This document shows positions 58,119 to 64,000 of a stretch of DNA of 64,000 bases, in pieces. Origin of the DNA: an uncultured bacterium (GTDB lineage Bacteria; SAR324; NAC60-12); contig CBFIGY010000002.1 of NCBI GenBank assembly GCA_965662235.1, forward strand, positions 128,001-192,000, in the 5' to 3' direction. The notes beneath the pieces were generated by a model, which saw nothing but the letters and a program-made list of their open reading frames with translations, searched no databases and was not told the DNA's origin. The translations under genes were made by a program, and so were the position numbers. Within the stretch, counting starts at the first letter, position 1. Each line of letters starts with the position of its first letter.

Positions 58119-59439
58119 CGGCGGTGGTTTCTCCCACCACAGAGCCGAGTGCTCTCAGGGCCTGATGCAGGTCCACAGACAGGCACTCTTCTCCAATTTC
58201 ATCCAGCAGGCCCGCTCGGGCGTGCAGCAGCGCTTCCTGCGCCTGCTGAGCCGCTTGCTGCTGCCGGAGGTTGGTGATCCAGACGTCTTCTTCCGACCGG
58301 ACCTCACCATTCATTGCCTTGCGAGCCAAGCGAGATTCCAGCCACTCAACACCTTCACCGGTTTTGGCGGAAATCAGCACCGTCTCAAATCCGGAAACCG
58401 CGTCTCCCCACTGAGGGCGCCCGGCGCTCAGGTCAATCTTGTTTCCCACCACTAGGGTCCGGCGCGGATCTGCTTCTTCCAAAAGCTGCCAACTTTCCGC
58501 ATCCAGGACCTGAGACGCATCCAGCAGCAGTAGCGTCAAATCGGCCTGTTGCCAAGCGTTCCGGGACCGGCGGATGCCTTCCTGCTCAATGGCATCTCCG
58601 GTGGTTCGGATGCCCGCCGTGTCCACGAGCTGAAAGGCCAGCCCCCGGATCTGCAGACGCTCCTCAATGCTATCCCGTGTGGTCCCGGGGATGTCCGTGA
58701 CGATGGCCCGTTGCTCACGGAGCAGCGCATTCATCAACGAAGACTTCCCAACATTCGGAAGCCCGATCAGAGCAAGGGTCAGTCCTTCCCGCATTCGCCG
58801 GCCCTGGTCGGCACTGGCCAGCATCTGGTCCAGTTGTTCCAGCGCTTGGTCCAAACGCCTCAGGCAATCCGCCTTGTGGGTAAAGACCGTGTCTTCCTCC
58901 GGAAACTCAATGCTGGCTTCCACCAACGCTGTCACCTGCGCAACCTGCTCCCGGATGCGGTCAATGGCAGCAAACAGCTTCCCCTTGAGCTGATGCACCG
59001 CGACCTTGCGGCCCGACTCCGACTGGGCGTGAATGAGATCCGCCACGGCTTCCACCTGAGTCAGGTCCAGCCGTCCCTTCAGGAAGGCACGGCGGGTAAA
59101 CTCTCCAGGCTCGGCAAGACGGATTCCCTGATCCAGCAGCAGCCGCAGAAGGACCTGCAGCGTCAGGACACTCCCGTGTCCCTGGATCTCCACAACGGTC
59201 TCTCCGGTGTAAGAGCGCGGGGCCCGCATAACGGCAACCAGCACTTCGTCCACCGGTTCTCCAGAAGCCTCCACCATCCAGCCATGCACCAGCTTGTGCG
59301 AAGCCACCTGCTCAAGCGCAGGCCCCCGGAAGCGAGCACTGACGGCCGCAACGGCCTCAGAACCACTCACGCGTATGACGCCCAGACCCGAAGGCTGGAG
59401 AGCGGTCGCAATGGCCGCAATGGTGTCATCCAAACGCAT
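58072..59439 (-). CDS. mnmE: tRNA modification GTPase MnmE (TrmE)
   Basis: DTIAAIAT, PRSYTGE, GEFTRRAFL, GLPNVGKSS, GTTRD, DTAGIR, NKID, FCIGK. Confidence 0.97.
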   Translation of the reverse strand: MRLDDTIAAIATALQPSGLGVIRVSGSEAVAAVSARFRGPALEQVASHKLVHGWMVEASGEPVDEVLVAVMRAPRSYTGETVVEIQGHGSVLTLQVLLRLLLDQGIRLAEPGEFTRRAFLKGRLDLTQVEAVADLIHAQSESGRKVAVHQLKGKLFAAIDRIREQVAQVTALVEASIEFPEEDTVFTHKADCLRRLDQALEQLDQMLASADQGRRMREGLTLALIGLPNVGKSSLMNALLREQRAIVTDIPGTTRDSIEERLQIRGLAFQLVDTAGIRTTGDAIEQEGIRRSRNAWQQADLTLLLLDASQVLDAESWQLLEEADPRRTLVVGNKIDLSAGRPQWGDAVSGFETVLISAKTGEGVEWLESRLARKAMNGEVRSEEDVWITNLRQQQAAQQAQEALLHARAGLLDEIGEECLSVDLHQALRALGSVVGETTADELLGRIFAEFCIGK

Positions 59440-60902
59440 TAAAGCAAGCTGTAGGTGTGGCGAACCGGAATCAAGGCATGTTGCACATCAAGCAGCACAC
59501 GCAGCGCGTTCTCCCGAATCCGGAAGCTCTGAGCCAGCAACGCCGTGTTCGCCTCGGCAATGATCTGCCGCTTGGTGAACTCCGTCAGTTCCTTGGCCAT
59601 GTCCGCATCCCGGACCACGGACTCTGCCTGACCAATGTTTTCCTGAGCCAGCCGCAGCACCACATCATGATGATCCAGCGACTTCTGAACCGCGCCCAGG
59701 TAGCCTCGAAAGGACAGTAACTGATCCGTGGCTTCGTCCACAAGTCGAACCGCATCCATGGCCGAGTTGGGCGTTTCCAAGGAAATTTCCGCCAAACTGG
59801 TGAAGCCACTTCGGTTTGGAACCCCTTTGCCTAACGCCGACGAGTGAACATTGGCCAAGGCGACAGGAAGTTGGTCTCCAGCTTCTGTCCCAATCTGAAA
59901 CCGCAGGGCGCTTTGCCGGACACTGACGGACCCCACAGACCCTGTGGAGTCTCCGAGGTAAGCCACCTGCAGTCCATCTGTGGTCGCATTTCCGGATTTT
60001 CCTGTCAGGTAGACACCGTTCCCGGAAGCCGGTTCATCGTTGAGCGTACCAGCAATGTCTGCCCCGTAGTAAAGTTCCGGGACGTTGGCATCATCGGTAA
60101 GCACTCCGTCTTTGGAGCTGATCAGGGTGAATCCCTTGGCCAGCCCATGCTGCTGGTGCTCAATGGTCAGGTCGTCACCGTCAAAGCTCACATGAAGGTT
60201 CATGTTCGCGTCTTCCACAGCCTGGACCAGCTTGCTGTAAAACATCTCAGCGTTGCTGTTTGGACCATTCCGGACGGTGATGGCGTTGCCATCTTCTTCC
60301 TCTAGCACCAGTGTCAACCCGGCGGCATCATCGTCATCCAGTCCGGCCTCAAAGAAGGCCCGACGGGGCAGACGTGACACATCGACCGCATACCCGCTGA
60401 CAGAAGACGACACGGTGTTGGGACCCGCCTTGACGAAGACGAGTTCGGAATCGTTGGTGACTCCAGCTCCGCCGAAGGAACCGTCCAGCAGGTTCTTGCC
60501 GCTGAAACGCGTGTTTTGCGAAACCCGGTCAATGGCTTCTAGCGACGTCCGGATCTGTCCCTGCAGACCCGCCACGGCGCCCGGATTGTAGGCAGCCGAG
60601 TTTGCTGCTGCCAGGGCCGTCTGCCGGATGCCCAGCAGGATGCGTCCCACCTCACTGAGGGCGTCATCAGCAGTTTGCACCACTGAAAGGGACAATTCTG
60701 TATTTTCCAGCGCTTGTTCCAGACTCGCCAGCTGGGCCCGAAGCTGCTCTGACAGGAGCAGGTTGGCTGGACCATCAGCCGCCCGAGCCAGTTTCGAACC
60801 GGTGGAAAGCCGTTCGAGTGACTTGGAGAGCGCCTTGTTGTTCGTGGCGAGCTGCACCAAAGGATCGGTGGTCAGCGCGTCGTTTCGAATTCCCAAGATC
60901 AT
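59439..60902 (-). CDS. Divergent flagellin with a C-terminal extension
   Basis: SLERLSTG...AADGP, NTRFSGKNLLDGS, VRDADMAKELTEFTKRQII; TAATG overlap with mnmE. Confidence 0.88.
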   Translation of the reverse strand: MILGIRNDALTTDPLVQLATNNKALSKSLERLSTGSKLARAADGPANLLLSEQLRAQLASLEQALENTELSLSVVQTADDALSEVGRILLGIRQTALAAANSAAYNPGAVAGLQGQIRTSLEAIDRVSQNTRFSGKNLLDGSFGGAGVTNDSELVFVKAGPNTVSSSVSGYAVDVSRLPRRAFFEAGLDDDDAAGLTLVLEEEDGNAITVRNGPNSNAEMFYSKLVQAVEDANMNLHVSFDGDDLTIEHQQHGLAKGFTLISSKDGVLTDDANVPELYYGADIAGTLNDEPASGNGVYLTGKSGNATTDGLQVAYLGDSTGSVGSVSVRQSALRFQIGTEAGDQLPVALANVHSSALGKGVPNRSGFTSLAEISLETPNSAMDAVRLVDEATDQLLSFRGYLGAVQKSLDHHDVVLRLAQENIGQAESVVRDADMAKELTEFTKRQIIAEANTALLAQSFRIRENALRVLLDVQHALIPVRHTYSLL

Positions 60903-60942
60903 TGGACTCTTCTCGGGAGAAGGTGATTCAACAACAGGTCCC

Positions 60943-60961
60943 GGAGCCCTTAACGGGCTCC
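60943..60961 (-). terminator. Hairpin between the two flagellins
   Basis: GGAGCCC-N5-GGGCTCC inverted repeat 20 nt after the stop at 60981. Confidence 0.4.
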
Positions 60962-60980
60962 GAAGAGAACGCTACTCCGC

Positions 60981-61895
60981 TTAGGCGTTGAGCAAGCGCA
61001 GGACGTTTTGGGGCAGCATGTTGGCCTGGGCCAGCTGCGCCATGGACGACTGCGTCATGATCTGGTTCCGCGTGAACTGAGCCATCTCAGCGGCCATGTC
61101 GGTATCTCGAATGACGGACTCTGCCGCTGTCAGGTTTTCCTGAGCAACACGGAGGCTCGTCAGGTTGCTTTCCAGAGTGTTTTTCTGGAAGGCTCCCAGT
61201 TCGCCACGCAGCGAAGCGACCTGCTGCACCGCCGCATCCACAAACTTCAGTGCATCCTGAGCACCTGCGGTGGTGGTGACGTCGACGTCGGCCAAGGAGG
61301 TGAAGCCACTGCCGTTGCTGATTTCCTCCACTTCTTTAGTCACTTCGCCCCCGTCTCGGGTGATCGTCACATTGAAGCCCAGGTTCGTGGTGGCCATGTT
61401 GGGCAGTTCCACGGAAACGGTCTGTCCTGCGTTGGCACCGACTTGGAAGGTCAGGCTCGGATTGCTGCCGTCCAGCAGGTTCTTGCGAGCGTACTGGGTG
61501 GTCTCGGCAATCCGATCAATGGCAGACAGTGCGTTTTCGATTTCCTGCTGAGAGGCTTCCCGCATGGCGTCATCATTGACCCCTTCGTTGGCCGCGGCAA
61601 TGGCTTGCTGGCGGACGTCCACGAGCAGCCGGGCGACTTCGTTGAGCGCGCCTTCAGCCGTCTGCACCATGGTCACTCCGGCTTCGTTGTTGCGAGCCGC
61701 TTGCTCCAGGCCAGCGATCTGAGCCCGCATGTATTCCGAAACCACCAGGGCGGCAGGACCATCAGCCGCCTTGTTGATCTTCACTCCGGAAGACAAACGC
61801 TCTAGGCTCTTGGACATGGCCTCAGAATTCTGAAGCAGGTTGCGGTGGGCGACGTTGGCGCTGACATTGTTGTTGATGCGAAGAGCAGCAGACAT
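60981..61895 (-). CDS. fliC: Short flagellin (304 aa, lacks the central outer domain)
   Basis: LRINNN...ERLSSGVKIN; LLDGS runs straight into LTFQVGANAGQ; IRDTDMAAEMAQFTRNQI. Confidence 0.95.
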   Translation of the reverse strand: MSAALRINNNVSANVAHRNLLQNSEAMSKSLERLSSGVKINKAADGPAALVVSEYMRAQIAGLEQAARNNEAGVTMVQTAEGALNEVARLLVDVRQQAIAAANEGVNDDAMREASQQEIENALSAIDRIAETTQYARKNLLDGSNPSLTFQVGANAGQTVSVELPNMATTNLGFNVTITRDGGEVTKEVEEISNGSGFTSLADVDVTTTAGAQDALKFVDAAVQQVASLRGELGAFQKNTLESNLTSLRVAQENLTAAESVIRDTDMAAEMAQFTRNQIMTQSSMAQLAQANMLPQNVLRLLNA

Positions 61896-63873
61896 AATAA
61901 CCTCTTTATTAATGAGTCAAAAAATTGAAAAACAAACGAAACTTCTTCCTCCTGGAATCCTCTGCATTTCCTCCGATGAAATGCGGTCGTATCGGGAACT
62001 GCCAAGGGCAGCTGCCACCTAAGGAGAGGGTCCACCCCTGATCCTTCCCAAAGCTTTCAAGAAGCGGTGGCGTATTCACACATCTTGAGCCACTCCACGC
62101 CCCACTGCAGTGAGGGTGGGACCGCCGTCCATGGCAGTCCCGAAAGGGAGCGTTCAAAAGCGTTATTCTTGAGGAGACAGGGGACAAACCCCTCTCTTCT
62201 TCAGCAACTTTTGGTTGCTAAAAGCTGTCGGAGTGCCTCTGCGGCATGCTCCATTCGGGCAGACTCTTGGGCCTGACGCTGTTGGAAAAAATTCTTCAAG
62301 GGTGACCGTCCATGCACCGAGGCATCAGTCGCTTGGACCTCCAGAGAGCGAACACCTCGCCCCCAAGATGGACTGCGCAAGGGCTGCGTCAGCCGGAGCC
62401 GAGGCTCTGCATCAACGCAACGGTCAATGGTGTTCAATGCGACCTGCAACGCAAAAGCGTCTCCACTGGTCGATTCAACGGACGAGTTGCCAGACTCCGA
62501 CGGAGTCGACTCTGGCTGCTTTCCCCCTTGTAGGCTTGGGAAGTCTTGCCACATGGGTTCACTCCAAAAAATGATGAAAGGAGCCTCTTCTCCATGAGGT
62601 AAAGGTACCGTTCCATGGCGCGCTTGTGTTTCACAGAGAAGAGGCGAAGCCTTTTACAGACTCAACCATTCTCCGGACAGCCTCTTTGAGCATCCATGTC
62701 TCAAGAGGGTTCCGGAGCGATCAAATGAACCTCGGCTAAGAAGGCTCACTAAAGATTTTAGGGACACCTTGGTCCCAGAAAACCAGAGCAATGGAGTGCT
62801 CGGTCTTCTTGAAAAAACTCCATTTCCCTAGAGTCTTTTCGAGAAAACTGAGAGCACATGATTCTGGAAGAATCGTTTCTCTTGGGTACGTTTCTCCCTT
62901 CCACACACCTTATTTTAGGTTTTTTGAAGAATTCCTTTTCCTAAGGAAACAGGCTGCTTTTAAAATCGAAAAATTCCCGAAAAACGTCTTCTTTTTCAAA
63001 GGGATTTCCCCCTTCTTCCAAAAGTCTTCACCAAATTCAGATCACCGTCTCAGCCCGATCAGCGTTCGTTTTCACTGGGTTCAGTGAAACCTAGAGCCCT
63101 CGAAGGGTTCTCCCGATTGCTAGAACGTTTCCCCTCTTTTCTGAAGCGAATTTTTGAGCCTGTGCTCCAGCTCCTTCCAGAGCCTTGGAGGAATTTTTCC
63201 AAGGACTTTTTTCGGAGTTTTCTTTCTGAAGCCTTTCAGAAGATGCAGGGCTCCGCTCGCTTTTCCAGTGACAGACGCTGGAGCCCTTCCTAGTCGCAAG
63301 AAGCTTCTTTGTCAGGAAACTTGGGAGCGTCAGAAAGTCCGGGCCCGTCAAGGGGAAACTCCGCAGGCCTGCTCCTGTTCCTCACGCTGACGGTCCTCAG
63401 GAAGAAGGGTCTTCTTGCTGAGAAAGCGAGGTCCGAGTCTTTGGGACTTCAGCCCAGAATTAGGGACTTCGCGCTTCCTAAGAGGAAGGTTGAGCAAGCG
63501 GAGAAGGAGCATCCGGGAACGCTTCTCCCAAACGTGCTTTTGTGCTTGAAGCCCCGCTGGTGGCAAGGGTTTGAGGACTCCATAGGAAATTCCGAAGAGC
63601 CCCCTCAAGCGTCTGCTGACAGCCAGGGAAGCACACGTGCCGAGAAGGAGGCATTCGTGCGGACGGTGTGTTGTCAAAGATCAGGCGGTTCTGCTTCCCG
63701 CTTCCCAGGGAAGAGCGCGTGGTACTGCTCCTTTTCTGTGCTAGGAAGATCGGTCTTCCGTCACAAAAAAAGAGAGGAGGGCTTTCGACCATTCTGGCCG
63801 TCAGTTCCCCAATTCCGCCTCCCTCAAGAGACCGAACTGGAGCACCGCGTGGCGCGTCCGGACAACCGGTGGG

Positions 63874-63906
63874 GGAGCGAGGAACCCCCGCAGAGGTTCT
63901 CGCTCC
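63874..63906 (-). terminator. Long hairpin after the partial flagellin
   Basis: GGAGCGAG(G)AACC...GGTTCTCGCTCC inverted repeat; no U tract. Confidence 0.45.
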
Positions 63907-63935
63907 TTCCCGGTCCTGCCGGAGGAAGCTCCGGA

Positions 63936-64000
63936 TTAGGCGTTCAGCAGGCGCAGCACGTTTTGCGGCAGCGCGTTGGCCTGGGCCAGTTGAGCCGTTG
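63936..64000 (-). CDS. fliC: 3' end of another flagellin (partial)
   Basis: Minus strand reads TAQLAQANALPQNVLRLLNA*, nearly identical to the C-terminus of the 60981-61895 flagellin. Confidence 0.88.
   Translation of the reverse strand, partial: TAQLAQANALPQNVLRLLNA

Noticed and set aside
63331..63700. RNase P RNA (AGAAAGTCCGGGC resembles the GAGGAAAGUCCGGGC signature)
   Set aside because: The downstream conserved elements, including the 3' ACAGAA.CCGGCUUA, are absent.
61896..63935. oriC (AT-rich, near mnmE and ParA)
   Set aside because: No TTATCCACA-type DnaA boxes seen and no dnaA, mnmG or parB nearby.

Overview
GC-rich bacterial chromosomal window; the gene repertoire suggests a Deltaproteobacteria-like lineage, possibly SAR324 (inference, not verified). 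Layout: (1) 1-16.8 kb: small hypothetical genes, a GAF/HD-GYP phosphodiesterase, rplY-pth-ychF, rpsF-rpsR-rplI-dnaB, a divergent EAL-like gene and two FG-GAP repeat exported proteins. (2) 16.8-31.1 kb: a tandem array of EIGHT minus-strand flagellin or flagellin-like genes whose leaders carry conserved ANGGA-loop (CsrA-type) hairpins. (3) 31.1-32.6 kb: about 1.36 kb of ORF-free, hairpin-dense DNA with internal repeats, directly downstream of two near-perfect tandem sigma28 (FliA) promoters; this is the best candidate for an undescribed element, a very long structured leader or large ncRNA heading the flagellin array. (4) 32.8-56.3 kb: metabolic and housekeeping genes (GntR, Liv-type ABC, Asp/Glu/hydantoin racemase, stand-alone MnmD, orphan SBP, DMT, family-5 ABC, phnW-phnA-phnY, AKR, dgoA-like, fmt, ParA). 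(5) 56.3-64 kb: a second flagellar locus (two flagellins, mnmE coupled to a flagellin, FlgN/FliT-like, FlaG-like), about 2 kb of structured non-coding DNA and the 3' end of an eleventh flagellin. No rRNA, tRNA, CRISPR array, integrase or transposase was seen.
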